The notes under the pieces are model-generated. The model saw nothing but the letters and a program-made list of their open reading frames with translations. It searched no databases and had not been told where the DNA came from. A stretch of 64,000 nucleotides of DNA from Lytechinus pictus (lineage: Eukaryota): contig NC_087250.1 in the NCBI RefSeq assembly GCF_037042905.1, forward strand, positions 26,476,001 through 26,540,000. The letters run 5' to 3'. Shown piece after piece: positions 1 through 13,324 of the stretch; the stretch's first letter is position 1, and every line of letters starts with the position of its first letter. A program made the translations under genes and the position numbers.

Positions 1-573
1 TTTGCGAGAGTGATCACGAGTTTCCTTGTTTACCATAGTAGATTGCGAGACAAATGATACCCGCTAGCGATTATTTCAATCCGCAATAATGAACATATTT
101 AGTATTTGCAATTTTGTCATAATTTTTCTTTTTGAAAATTATGCTATTTTGTGACTAAGGCTACGTCTCGTATGCTCTTTTTACCGATAGTATCGATATC
201 AAGGTATTCTAGTGAGGAAGCCTTTCGAAAAACAGGTTTAGTAAGATTGGAAATAACTCCGTGGTTGGTGGATAAAGATATGACTAACTTGTCCATGTGT
301 CGAGAAACGGGCCCCAGGCCCTTTCATAATTTAAATCTAATCTGAGGTGGGTGAATCACGGCTAAACATAATGAAACGCATTTCTAATTAAGTCTCTTGA
401 CCTGGATATTACAAGCATACTGAAAAAAATTTTTTTTAAATAAATGAAGACCGAAGATGCATTTTTTTTTTCCAAAACATGAAAATTAAACATTCCCTCT
501 CTGTTTTAAAAGCATGATTGAGACTACTGTGAAAGTAGAGGGGGGACTCAAGAAAAAAAGAAGGTAAGAAATC

Positions 574-713
<140 letters not shown>

Positions 714-1462
714 TACAGCGCATTAAATCACTCTGAAAACGAGAAGAAGATACACATCAACGCAAATCAAATCGAATTTTTTTACTCTCTTCAATCAGTG
801 AATATAGATATTCTCACTTTAATGTTCTTCTTACCTTATTGCGGCTATTCTTGTTCCTTGCAGAGAGAGGGGTGGATTTAATATGCATCCAAATCCACTG
901 GGTCCTGGATTTTAAGGACTTTATTCATGTTGTTGTTATCATATACCACGTGACCGCTCACGTGATATGATAAAACGTTTGTCCCAGATGTATCATAGCA
1001 TCTGCAAAGTGATTAGAAATTTGATATAAAAAAATATACTATGTATACATAAACTTAAGTTCAAGTTCAACCTTCTTATATTTGCATTCATGGGGCGTGG
1101 ATAATAAAAACATAACATAAAACGTGTTTATGATGTATCAATTTGTAATTTCGATAAAGAATTTTCGCAAATTCAACCCAAGCACGCATCAACTGAAATG
1201 AAAATCTAAAACAAATCACAAGTACATTTTGTTCATTCGTCATCTTCTTCATATTTATCCAAGTTGTCACATTATCAGTGATGTTCGATGTGAGCTTCTC
1301 CGATTGGTCCTCCTTTTTTAATTGGAATAATCAGGACAATGGGTTCAACATAAAATACTTAATCGTTTAGAGTGCTCAGGAAAAAGGAGGACATTTGAAT
1401 AATTGAATAATTTCCTTATCAACGCAAATTACCATGACAGGCTCACAATCTTAATGTTTTGA

Positions 1463-2044
1463 AGGGATGCTCCGGGCAGTAAAATTTGAAGATAAAAATG
1501 CTAATTTTTTTAATCAAAATCAGAAACAAATAACGAAGTTATTGCATTTTAAAGATTTGCACTTTTCCGGTGAAACAGTTCTAGCATATATTCATGAATA
1601 TTCATTAGGTGGGCTGATGATGTCATATCCCCATTTGTTTTTTTGTACATGTATTTTATTATATGAATTTGGGTTTATTCAAAATGTATCTACCAAGAAA
1701 TAAAACAGTTCGATTGACAACTGATTAAGTGCATTAGATATTCATCGCTGCAATTTATTTCGTCATAATGGAGACACATCATTGACACATTTATGAAAAA
1801 ATGAAATAATTATGATTTCATGTAATAACATGAGAAAAAGGAAAGTAAGGATGTGACATCATCAGCCCATGTGATGAATATTCATGAAGGCATGCCTAAA
1901 ACTATTCAAACGGAATAATGCAAATATTTAGAATTCATTAACTTTGTTAATTGTTATTCGATTTTGATGAAATTTCCAGCATTTTGCTTAACGAATTTTT
2001 ACTGTATTTATTTAGATATAAATATCTTCATCCTGGAGCTCCCT
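1463..2044. mobile_element. Kolobok-like MITE (TTAA target)
   Basis: AGGGATGCTCC...GGAGCTCCCT-TTAA. Family copies at 6205-6784 and 30866-31446. Confidence 0.75.
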
Positions 2045-3023
2045 TTAAGTATTGCCCATGTTGGTAAATTTCTGTGACAAAGTTGACCATATTTTCAAAA
2101 TGAACACATTGAGTCAATCTATCGGAAAGCGCCCTCAGTCGTTCTTGTTATTAATTCCAACGCCTAGTCGTGTGTAGATGGGGATTTTCTCTCTCTCTTG
2201 TCTATTTTCTATGATATTTATTATTTTTTTCTATTATTTCAATATTTATATATTTATATCATGTATTCTTATCATAGCTTCATTCAAATTTTTGACTATG
2301 TTCTTCTATTAAACTTCTTACTCTTGGCATTATTATTATTATCATTATTGTTATTAACATTATCGATTGGGTTTGATTTTCTTATTCTTCTTCTGAGGGG
2401 TGGGTTCTTGTACTAAGTTGATAGTGTTTACAATTATATCCCTTACTTAAGATCGTTGTATTGAGAGTGTACACAACGAGAAAAAGGAATAGTTTTATTA
2501 CGAAAAACGTTTGCCATAAAATAGCATCTGCAAAGTGATTAGAAATTTGATATAAAAAATATATACTTTGTATACATAAACTTAAGTTCAAGTTCAACCT
2601 TCTTATATTTGCATTCATGGGGCGTGCATAATAAAAACATAACATAAAACGTGTTTATGATGTATCACTTTGTAATTTCGATACATAATTACAATAGAGA
2701 GTTTTTGCAAATCCAACCCTAGCACGCAGCAAATGCACTGACAATCTAAGTCAAATCACAATGAAAAGGTTGGAGGTCTTTGTCAAACATTGATGAATCG
2801 GAACAACAATTCCGTCCTACGTTTCCGAGCTGACAAAAAAACGCAATGCCGTTTGTCCAAAGTCACGGACGAACCCGTTGTATCAATTCACAAACCTTCG
2901 ACAAAGACATCATTGTCATGAATGGCATTTGATATCACATTCTCTATGTTTCAGAAGGTGTCCTGCTTAGTATTTACGAGAATGTCCTAATGTATTATAC
3001 TGTAGAAGCCTACGTTGTAAAGC

Positions 3024-3240
3024 CAGAGCCCTGAGAACGATTGTTTTTTTACTTGGGGTGCTGATGTAATTTTGACAAGCAAAAAAAAGGAGGTTTCACT
3101 GCAAAATATAAGTCATTTTCCTTTCATTTAACCAATTTGAACACCTGCCATATTTGAGTGGGTGCTGCCAGTGAAGAATAATACGAAGGAAATCTTGGGG
3201 GTGCTTCATCTCCCCAGCACCCCCGCTTCCCAGGGTCATG
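3024..3240. mobile_element. hAT-like MITE
   Basis: Degenerate CAGAGCCCTG..CAGGGTCATG termini, imperfect 8-bp TSD TGTAAAGC/CGCAAAGC. Confidence 0.55.
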
Positions 3241-3441
3241 CGCAAAGCCTTGGTCCGGGTTTACTGTATGGCAAACAAAATTAACGCGAGGAAGCAACGA
3301 GAGTGACAGATCATGACAAAATTCTCCTTCTGGTACCTGGTATGGTTAGGTCTTATTTACCGTATGAAAATTACGAAACACAATGAAAGTGTACAAAAGT
3401 GGATGATTGCTACAAAATGTGAACATAATGCCTATTCTTAA

Positions 3442-3872
3442 AGCCCCCATCACACTTATTCCGAATCAAGCAGAATTGGCTTGAATGAAAGGACTATTGT
3501 TTGACCACCAGATGGTCATTTAAATCTACTTCAAACACCGTTCGAAAATATCCCTCGAATGGTTTGAACATGACCAAAACCTTCGGGACGGCCAAAAGAA
3601 ATGACAAAAATATTTCGAATGCACTCAGAATGCAGTCAGGATATTTAAAATGCCCCTATAATGTCCAAGAACGTAGCACGAATTATCAATCTGACTCCAT
3701 TGCGGTTCATTTTGACTAGTGTATGATGATACACCTGGTCAATTTACTGAATTTCAACTCCAGTTTGGTGAATTCATAAGTTCCTCCCAAAAATGTCTAG
3801 ATTTTTTGAATATTTTTTTCTTTCCAGCTTCTGCTTGATTCCTGTTGATTCCGAATAAGTGTGATGGGGGCT
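3442..3872. mobile_element. PIF/Harbinger-like MITE
   Basis: TIR AGCCCCCATCACACTTATTC at both ends, TAA-like flank. Confidence 0.75.
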
Positions 3873-4071
3873 AAAAAATACAATACTGAACGATGACGCT
3901 TCTCTATCTGCGTCATTGATTTCATGGTTTTGTTCTTCCTATAGAGGTTCTTTTCAATATAACGGAATAAATAACATACGGATACAATTCTCAATTTTAA
4001 ATAAACCTGACAATGGTGCCGTGACCTGGAGACCTTGCTGTACAGTCCTATAGACGAAACCGACTCCAGAA

Positions 4072-4419
4072 AAAGGCCTTGGGAAGCAGGGTTACAGGGG
4101 GTGCTGAAGCACCAAAATTTCCTTTGGGATGCTGCGTGCATTATTTTTCATAGGCAGCATCCCAGAGTATTCTGGAAGATGTGTCGAATTTGGAAAGGGT
4201 AATCAAAATGAAGTTCACTTTGCAGTGAAACTTTTTTTTTTTTTTGGGGGGGGGGGGTTGATATTACTCTGAACCGATTTGACCTCAATTTTGTAGTGAG
4301 AACCCTTTTCCTCCAATTTCTTTATGAACCAATTTAAAATCCATGTAGTAGTAGGAAACCTTTTTTATTCTTTTTTTTTCATCAGCATCCCGAGTTAAAA
4401 TATTATTCCCAGGGCCTTG
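4072..4419. mobile_element. hAT-like MITE, related to 3024-3240
   Basis: AAGGCCTTGGGAA...TTCCCAGGGCCTT termini, imperfect 8-bp TSD. Confidence 0.55.
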
Positions 4420-5593
4420 CTTCAGACCGACCGAAATTCTTTACGTAACATTTCCAAAGAGGGGACATTGGTCGGTGTCGGTTTGGAGTCCGTGTTGTCA
4501 ATATTGGGATTGTTTGTAACATTTTTATTAGTATCTCTTTTTTTTTTTCAGGGTATCAATGAAGCGTGATGTAGTTAGTCTGGTGTAATGCACTTGATTT
4601 AAAGGGGTCTGAATGCAGTATAGAGCCTACAAAGCATTGCGAAAAGAAGCTCATCTCGCTGTCGCTAGAACTGAAACAGAAAAATTGTATTTGAGCTGTG
4701 CTTGTCTGGCGTCTACTTGCTGATTAAAGTTTTAATCAGGGTCTGCGCTCGCAGACTTTTAAGCGCAAGTGATCGTGTAAACATTATTTTCATTTATTAC
4801 CATTTGATTGGTGATACTTTCAACAAAGAATTTAAAAGTAGTAAACATAAATAAAACCATACATCTAGTCATTGAATAAACTATGCGTATCATCATGACA
4901 GCTATTAATTTTATCTTTACACTTTGATTAGTATATGATATGTAATCTTGCAATTTATTGCCCTCAACGATGACATCCAAATCAACCCATGACAAACCTT
5001 GTTCCCTAATAAAATGCATACATATATATATGTATATGTATATGTAATCATGATTACTGTGGCATGAAGGTAACAACTGTCAGATAAATAGAGATCATAA
5101 TCTTATTCGGTCCAGGATGTGTAAGAATATGCGAGCAAATATATCTGTTTATTTTGAAAAATGAGACAACATATTGCATTTGGTACGAGAGACTGACCAT
5201 CAATTGAGTTTTAAAGTACGTGCGTGGATTTCGACCGGGATGTATGTTTTATTGAGTGGGAGAAAGAGGGGGGGGGGGGTCGAGAAGGAAGGGGAGAGAG
5301 GAAGATAAGTGGGGGGCAGAGGATGGGAACAATGAACATTGTATTTTGTCTGATTTAAGTAAGTTATGTATGTCGACATTTGCCAGCAAACACGTATGGG
5401 AGAAGGGGGGTTTATTTTATATATCTTTTAAGCTCAAATATCATTAACCGTCTCGCATTTAATGCCAGTAATTCTTTATAGAAAATACGGCATGAAAGAG
5501 ACAGATATCATTAATTAAAAATGAGTGAATTTCGAAGTACATTTTTGTTCCTTCATCATCGTCATCATATTCATCCAAGTTGTTTCATTACCA

Positions 5594-5835
5594 CACTGCA
5601 AAAACTCCGGTGTTGATTTAACACCAGCCTGGAATCTATATATGTCCACACCAGAGAAGTGTTAACCAACACCAGTTTCGTTTTGGTCTAACACCAGATA
5701 GGTGTTTATACAACACCAATTAGTATTAAAACAGCATCGGTTTGATTCCAAACTGATGTTGCCTCAATACTTCGCTGGTGTGGACATATATAGATTCCGG
5801 GCTGGTGTTAAATCAACACCGGAGTTTTTGCAGTG
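5594..5835. mobile_element. CACT-terminal (EnSpm/CMC-like) MITE
   Basis: CACTGCAAAAACTCCGGTGTTGATTTAACACCAGC TIRs; absent from the paralogous site at ~1275. Relatives at ~19229-19460, ~42385-42445 and ~54610-54837. Confidence 0.85.
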
Positions 5836-6204
5836 TAGTGAGGTTCGATGGTAGCTTCTCCGATTATTTCTCCTTAATTTTTTAATTGGAATAAATTTTG
5901 GAAGTACGGTCCAAAATTACAATAATATGCTTATTGAATGTAAGCCCAAGAAACACCAAATACTTGTGTGTAATAAAATATAAAACAAACACAAAGACAC
6001 GACACACGAAATATAGTTATTGATGGTGACCAGTATGCTGCCGTCTCGTGCTTGTCTTTGCCGTTTATACTGTATAATCATGATTATGGGTTCAAAATAA
6101 AATATTGAATTGTTTTCACTGCTCAGGAGGAAAAAAAGTGACATTTGAATAATGCCCTTATCAACGCAAATTTCCATGACAGGCTCACAATCTTTATGTT
6201 TTAA

Positions 6205-6784
6205 AGGGATGCTCCGGACAGATAGAGTAACATTTACAGATCAAAATGCTGAAAATTTTATCAAAATCGGAAACGAATAACGAAGTTACTGCATTTTAAA
6301 GATTTGTATTTTTCCGGTGAAACAGTTCTAGCATGTCTTAATGAATATTCATTAGGTGGGCTTATGATTTCATATCCCCATCTGTTCTTTTATATTTTGT
6401 TTTATGAAATTGGGGTTACTAAAAATGTTTCTACCAAGAAATGAAACAGTTGGATTGACAACTGGTCAAGTGCATTATATATTCATCGCTGCAACTTATT
6501 TCGTCATAATGGAGACACATAATTGGCACATTTATGAAAAAATGAAACAATTATGATTTCATGTAATAACATTAGAAAAAGGAAAGTGGGGATATGACAT
6601 CATCAGCCCAGCTAATGAATATTCTTGAAGACATGCCTAGAACTGTTCAACCGGAATAATGCAAATCTTTAGAATTCAATAACTTTGCTGATTGTTATTC
6701 GATTTTGATGAAATTTTCAGCAGTTTCCTTTATGAATTTTACTGCATTTATTTGGATATAAATATCTTCAGCCCGGAGCTCCCT
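6205..6784. mobile_element. Kolobok-like MITE, paralogous copy
   Basis: TTAA-AGGGATGCTCCGG...CCGGAGCTCCCT-TTAA. Confidence 0.8.
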
Positions 6785-7172
6785 TTAAGTATTGTCCATG
6801 TTGGTAAAATTATGTGACAAAGTTGACCATATTTTCAAAATAAACAGCATTGAGTCATTATATTGGATAGCTCCCTCAGTCGTTATTGTTATTAATTCTA
6901 AAGCCTAGTCGTGTGTAGATAAGGGATTTCTCTTTCTCTCTCTTGTCTATTTTTATGATATTTATTATTCTTTTCTTTTATTTCAATATTTATCTATATA
7001 TATCATGTATTCTAATCATAGCTTCATTCATATTTTTTACTATGTTCTTCTATTAAACTCATTACTCTTGTCATTATTATCATTATTATTATCATATCGA
7101 TTGGGTTTGATTTTCCTTTTCTTCTTCTGAGTGGTGGGTTATTGTACTAAGTTGATAGTATGAACAACTATA

Positions 7173-9257
7173 CACAACAAAAAAAGTAAGTCCCCCCTAA
7201 ATCAAATAGCTGTAACTTTTGAACGGAATTATTTTGAGATATGATATTCCGTAGGTTATTTTCTACACTCATTAAGCAACTCCTGGAGAAATATAAGATT
7301 GATCGGTTGAGTCATGCATGAGTAATTAAAGATTGAATTAAAAATGAACATTTTTTAAAGTCACAAGAGTTGTTTTTCAGATTGTGCAAATACAAAGTTG
7401 GGCAAATGTTGTCTTTAGGTGAATTTTATGGTGTTATGCTGTTTTAATATCCATCATTTGGCCACTCCACACACAATTTTGATATCATATGTTAAATGTT
7501 GAGTGAGCACAATGTATTGCAGGGGCCGCGGAAGCGAGGGGGGGGCTGGGCGGGGAGCTTCAGTCCCCCCCCCCCCCACTTTTTTCCAAAAGCATGTACA
7601 AAACTGTAAAAATGACCATACGATTGTGATTTTTTGCATGGTCAGCCCCCCCCCCCCCACTTTGTAAACCCTTCCCCGGCCCCTGTATTGTGACGTATCA
7701 TCATAGGGGTTTATGGTAGTATCCTCTACAACTTGTTAGATCATGTTAAAATTTGAAAATGTTGGTGGCTACCCCGATTATAGGCCCCTCCCTCATTTTA
7801 AAATTCTGGACCCACCACTGATTTGTCCATAAATTAAACTGATCATGAGAAATTATTAGGAAAATAATACATTTATGCAGTATAAAGAGTATTCATTCCT
7901 AAGTTTTCGAATGTGCTCGCTCAACCATGAAAATGTTTAAATTTCGGAAAGTGTGTGGTGATAGAAATGATTGATGATAAACAATAGCAATTTAAGTCTT
8001 ATTTGAAACCGAATTTGCCCCCAATATTCACTTTATTACCCTTTAAAATGAGTCTGTGACATTGAAAATACAAATTTTCCCACTTTGATGCGTGCTCACT
8101 CATCCATAAATAACCAAATCGATTTTAATTTGCACAGAATTCTGCCCATAGGTTGATAAACATTACTGCCAAGTGACATTGCTAAAGACAGCCGTGAAAA
8201 AAAGTTCCACCATATTGAATAAGGGGTTACTTATTCTTAAACATGTGCACCCATAATGTACACAAGTCTATGAGAGACGAAGTCAAAATTTTAACAAATA
8301 TGAAATGAGGGTTTGTTTCATGGACGGTTTTTGTTACTTCTGCCAATAGTTATTTCATGAAACTTTGTACATGGCTTCAGAGTAACACTATCCAAAAGGC
8401 GCGCACACCAAAATAACCATTCGATACGACACAGAGTGGGGCCAAGGCCTTGAACTTTCTTCTAATTTGCATAATTTTCGAATATTGTGTGCTCACTGAT
8501 GCATTAAACATCGGGATTTTCATAAAAAATCAAATTAAATGAACTATGCAAGGAGGTTTGTGACAGATATCCATAGTAACAAATTGCATTTTTTCCAATA
8601 ACGTAAAAAAGAGCTAATCGCATTCCACATGTTCATTCAAGCGTTGATATTTAATTAAACGCATTTGAATCATTGAAGCATGTTAATTGGTCATGAACAT
8701 AAAGAAAAAGTTGAGAAAAGATCATTTTCAGTTCCCAAAATGAACCGATACTTGCCTATGATATTTGAAAATCGTATTTTTTGTTTTCCATAAATGTTCA
8801 TTGAACCGTGAAATGATGAATATTGTTGAAGAAACTCTTCCAAAAATAATTGTCATCATATTCTATCATTTTTATTGATATAAATGTGTAAAAAATCAAA
8901 TTATAGCAAATTTGGACTTGTGTTTATTCAACCGTGAAATTTAGCCAAAAAAGTTGTATCGTCTTTTAGAGACTACCTTTTACAAGCCTTCTGACTATTT
9001 TTTATGATGAGAATGTGGAATTAGTTCCAATAAAATGGAATCAAAGTCATGATATTTGGCTTGTGACTTTTGAAAAGTGACATTTTTGCCTTCTGACGGT
9101 GCTCACTGAAGCATGAAGTGAAATACGTCCATAACGTTTACTCAGAGGGTAGCTTCTAAAATTACCTACACGCTCATGTAAAAATATATTAAAAACTCGC
9201 ATTGGTTCGGAAATTATTGATGTTTGTTTAAGGGGGGACTTACTTTTTTTGTTGTGT
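7173..9257. mobile_element. Non-autonomous Tc1/mariner-like DNA transposon
   Basis: TIR CACAACAAAAAAAGTAAGTCCCCCCT at both ends, flanked by TA. The paralogous empty site is at ~2430-2440. Confidence 0.85.
7520..7685. mobile_element. Small MITE nested in the 7173-9257 element
   Basis: CAGGGGCCG...CGGCCCCTG termini, TATTG repeated on both flanks. Confidence 0.7.
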
Positions 9258-9469
9258 ATATATCACAGTAATGAAACTGCAGACTAGACGCTTGAATGGG
9301 CTAATATCATGATGGTCGTTGAAGTGTTGCATTGAGTTTTCGACATGACATTCCGCGTTACCTAAATACATGTACCTTTCTCCTGCCTCCAGGTGGCGTC
9401 CTTCGGGTCTAGGAAGTTGATGGGTTTGCCCGTGTATTGTGTTTCTTGTTTTGCATATATATATATATA

Positions 9470-10710
9470 CAGTGGCGTACCGTGGGTCACGGCATTGGGG
9501 GGGGGGGCACCAGCAAAAAAATTTGAGTCACTTAATGAGCGCGCTTGCCAGGTATACTGACCTAATAGAAACATTTAAAGGACAGTGCCATTAAACGGAT
9601 ATGTATCTCACAGATCAAATAATGCGAGCGCGAAGCGCGAGCTGAAATTTTTTAATATTCAGACCGAGAAAGGGACATTCTAAGCAAATTTCTGTTATCA
9701 TGTTATGTACTGGTCTCACGAATAATACAATCAGAGCGCGAAGCGCAAGTTGAAATTTTTGTATGTATTGACCCCAAACAGGGACATTTTAAGGACTGTA
9801 TTTTAGGAATCCATTTAGAGTATACATATCTCACCATAGTCATCTAATGCGAATGCCAAGCGCTTGCTGATTTGGTTAGAATTACATCTAAACACATGAA
9901 GCACATTTCATATATTATTGTAATCTTGATTATCATATACATCTCACTAATCAAATATTGCGAGCGCGAAGCGCGAGCTGAAAATATTGGAAATTCAGAC
10001 CTGAAGAGGGGCATTCTACGGCTTCTTTGTAGGAATTCACTAAGACCATACGTATTTCACTAACCAAACGATGCGAGCGCGAAGCGCGATCTGAAAATTT
10101 TTTATATTCAGATCAGAAAAAGGGACATTTTGAGGATTGATTTTAGGAATTCATGAAGAGCAGACATATCTCACTAATCCTTTAATGCGAACGTAAGCAC
10201 GGACAGGAAATGTTTTATATTAATACCTTAAAATGGGGCTATCACTTTAAGTAGTCATGAAAAAGAAGCATATATATGTCACCAAATAAAACAATAATAC
10301 GTGCGAGGAAATATATTTGGTGTATATTGACTTAATTTTACAACGTCACGTCTCTCAAATATACTTGAAAAGAAAACTATAGTATTCCGAAAAAATATTT
10401 GATCTATTCCAACTATACAGACAATGCGAGTACCAGGAACAATGAAGCAAATTATGTATCATACAGTTATTAAAAAAAAAAAATTAATGTAATATACAGT
10501 AACATAACATAATTATAATATAATATAATATAATATAATATAACATTATAATGAACAATAATTTCTTCTTTCCCACTACGTTTACTTTTCCTTTCTCTCT
10601 CTTATTCTCCTTTTCCCCGTTTTTTTTTTTTTTTTTTGGGGGGGGGCCAGCCGATTGGGGGGGGGGGGGGCACGTGCCCCCCCCCCTGCCCCCCCGTAGT
10701 TACGCCACTG
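9470..10710. mobile_element. Non-autonomous DNA transposon with internal GCGAGCGCGAAGCGCGAG subrepeats
   Basis: CAGTGGCGTA...TACGCCACTG termini within (TA)n. A related inverted partial copy lies at ~42446-43125. Confidence 0.8.
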
Positions 10711-10834
10711 TATATATATATATATATATATATAATGTGATTACAAATTTACTTGTGCCAAACGCTCTTGAGGTGTGAGTATGAAACATATTGTGATGAG
10801 GCCAACTCAAAATATTACGCAGGACATCATTTTA

Positions 10835-10872
10835 GCTTTAGCTTTCGTCTTTAATAAGACTTCGTCAGGAGC
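10835..10872 (-). ncRNA. Second hammerhead ribozyme copy, inverted
   Basis: Reverse complement reads GCTC-CTGACGA-A-GTCTTATTAAAGAC-GAAAGCTA-AAGC; one stem I mismatch. Confidence 0.65.
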
Positions 10873-10943
10873 GTCTGTAATTACAGACTATTATGGTCAG
10901 AATACGGTAGGCAACCTGACCATAATAGACTGTAATTACAGAC

Positions 10944-10981
10944 GCTTCTGACGAAGTCTTATTAAAGACGAAAGCTAAAGC
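10944..10981 (+). ncRNA. Minimal type I hammerhead ribozyme motif (Penelope-like-element type)
   Basis: GCTT-CTGACGA-A-GTCTT(atta)AAGAC-GAAA-GC-TA-AAGC: stem I, CUGANGA core, stem II, GAAA, palindromic AGCU stem III, CUA cleavage triplet. Confidence 0.75.
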
Positions 10982-11024
10982 TAAAATGATGTCCTGCGTA
11001 ATATTTTGAGTTGGCCTCATCACA

Positions 11025-11058
<34 letters not shown>

Positions 11059-12332
11059 TTATATATATGTATATATATTTATATATATGAATATATATTT
11101 ATATATATGTATATATTTATATATATATATATATATATATCGGTTAAAGCATGGACCTATTACGAATAGGTCCATGGTTAAAGTGAAGATGAAAAAAAAG
11201 TCACCATATAATAAACGAGAAAAAAGGGTACATCCACTTTATTTTGGGGCTACGCAGGGTGAAGAAAACTGTCACCGGGTCTTCAAACAAATTAATATTT
11301 TTTATCAATATTACGCACCTGGGAGTACAACACGTACAACAACTGTACAAATAGGACTGAAAAGAATTGTGTTCAATAGAATTGGTCTCGCCATGACGTG
11401 TACGAGGCTATCAACCGTGACCAACCTCAAACAGCTCTTTGGTTTATAGTATTATGCACGGGTGTACGTCGTATCACATGTATCAGGCGATAATCGGTGG
11501 CCTGCTTCGCCGGCTGCTCGCACGTTGTCTTCGGCGGATCCCCTGGAAATCTTAATGCCGTAATCAAAGACTTGCTTAACCATTCCTGCGTGTTTGATTG
11601 GGGAATACCCTCGTGGAACAGGGAATATCTGAATTTCAACAAGCTTTGTTTTGACTGTGTCAGTAAGCTCTCATTGGAAGTTTCATGCTACAAATTATGT
11701 TGCTTCTGCGGCGACACTACATGTGTTTTAAGCAGTATAGCAAGCCGGAAGTAATCAAAGTGTAGATAAGCATGCCATCGAAGCAGATTTTACAGGGGTA
11801 ATAATCTTTCTTTCAATTGGAGAAACTCTGTAAGTATTAACCATTCAATTTCCTATTGTTTTCTAGATTATTCTCTCAATATAGGCTTACTGGTAATTCA
11901 CATGGGCAGTATTCCCTTTTAGTTTTCATATTCACTTGTACAAAACCCGGTCTGGGTTTGTTGACGGTTAGTTGAAGGAGTTTCTACTCTATAACTTACA
12001 TCCTGATATTAATAGCAATGTAACATACTATGTCAATCAGTATATTGTTATGCAGGGTGAAAAATAAGACAAACAAGCAAACAAAGAGACAAACTTATTC
12101 GAGCTTGGACCATTTTCATGTCCGACTAACTGGGTTGATCCGATATATAGGCCGACACCAGCCACATATACTGTTTTTTCACATTGCAAACATTTATTCA
12201 CAGTGCATAGGCCTATATGTGTATTTTCATAGTTTTATGCATCTTTAGATATTAATTCTAACAACAACTTACTGCAATATACCATGAGTTTTATGCGACA
12301 TATATAATTATTTTACTTGACCTAAATATATA

Positions 12333-13324
12333 CAGTGCGTATAAAAAAAACGGGACAGTTTTAAAAGTCTATAAAAATTGTTTCAAATTATGATATCTAT
12401 ATTTTTATGTTAATAAATGCTCTGAATTCTTATCTTTGAAATGCCATTTAAATTAATAAATTTTGTTCATGCTTGAGCGAACATGGGACGTTTTTGTCGG
12501 TGGTTCAAAAAGAGGCTTGCGCCAAAATGGCAGAAATGAGAAATTTGATGATCAGACTTATTGCTAATCAGCAGACTTCCTTTTTAACCTTTTCATTATC
12601 TTTGCCATGATTTTTGAATTATGCTGTCAAATTTCATTTACAAACTTATTTATTTACTTGAATTATTTTGTTTTTCATTAAAACTTCTTTAACCTTTGAA
12701 TTTTCCTTCATAAAGAAAAGAGGACTTTTTTGTCAACCCAAGCAAGAAGATTTGCATTATCAATTGAGAGAACTTGTAATCATTCAAATCGTATTTTATT
12801 ATGTGACACAAATTATGTTATGGTACCTTTAATAAATATGAATCCTATTTGAAGGGCTATTGATTCCTTGACCAAGTTTAATTTGGAAAAAAATACACGC
12901 TCTCCCATACATCGGTTGAAAAAAAATTGTTTTTGCTTAAAGAAGGAATCTTGAAAGCTAAAAGAGAGCATATTAAAAAGAAACAAAAACAGAACAATTC
13001 AAGCAAATAAAAAGATTTGAAAATGAATTGTGACCGTATAATTCGAAAATTATGGCAAAGATAATGAAAAGGTCAAGAGGAAGTCTGCTGATTAGCAAGA
13101 AGTCCGATCATCATATTTATCAGTTTATGCCATTTTGGCGCAAGCATCCTTTTAACCCCAGACAAAAACATTATGTGTTCACTCAAGCATGAACGAAACT
13201 ATTTTTTTTAATGGCATTTGAAAGACTTCAGAGCACCTATTAACACGCAAATATAGACATCATAATTTGAAACAAAAATTTTATAGACTTGTCAAATCTG
13301 TCTCGTTTTTTTTTTTACGCACTG
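12333..13324. mobile_element. Tc1/mariner-like MITE with long imperfect TIRs
   Basis: TA-CAGTGCGTA...TACGCACTG-TA; the arms are complementary over several hundred bp. Confidence 0.85.

Larger units (their letters stand above)
970..7170 (+). repeat. Local segmental duplication: ~975-1215 repeated at ~2503-2762, and ~1215-2440 repeated at ~5530-7170
   Basis: Colinear similarity that includes the shared Kolobok-like MITE and its flanks. Confidence 0.9.
10788..11028. repeat. Near-perfect ~113-bp inverted repeat with a 15-bp loop, next to (TA)n
   Basis: Arms 10788-10900 and 10916-11028 are reverse complements apart from about 2 mismatches. Confidence 0.95.

Noticed and set aside
9620..10110. Regularly spaced GCGAGCGCGAAGCGCGAG repeats resembling a CRISPR array
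   Set aside because: Eukaryotic context, the spacers are similar to each other, and the array lies within transposon TIRs. These are internal subrepeats.
11200..12000. Possible Penelope or LINE coding remnant next to the hammerhead hairpin
   Set aside because: No convincing GIY-YIG or RT motif found in any frame by eye; a tBLASTn search would be needed.
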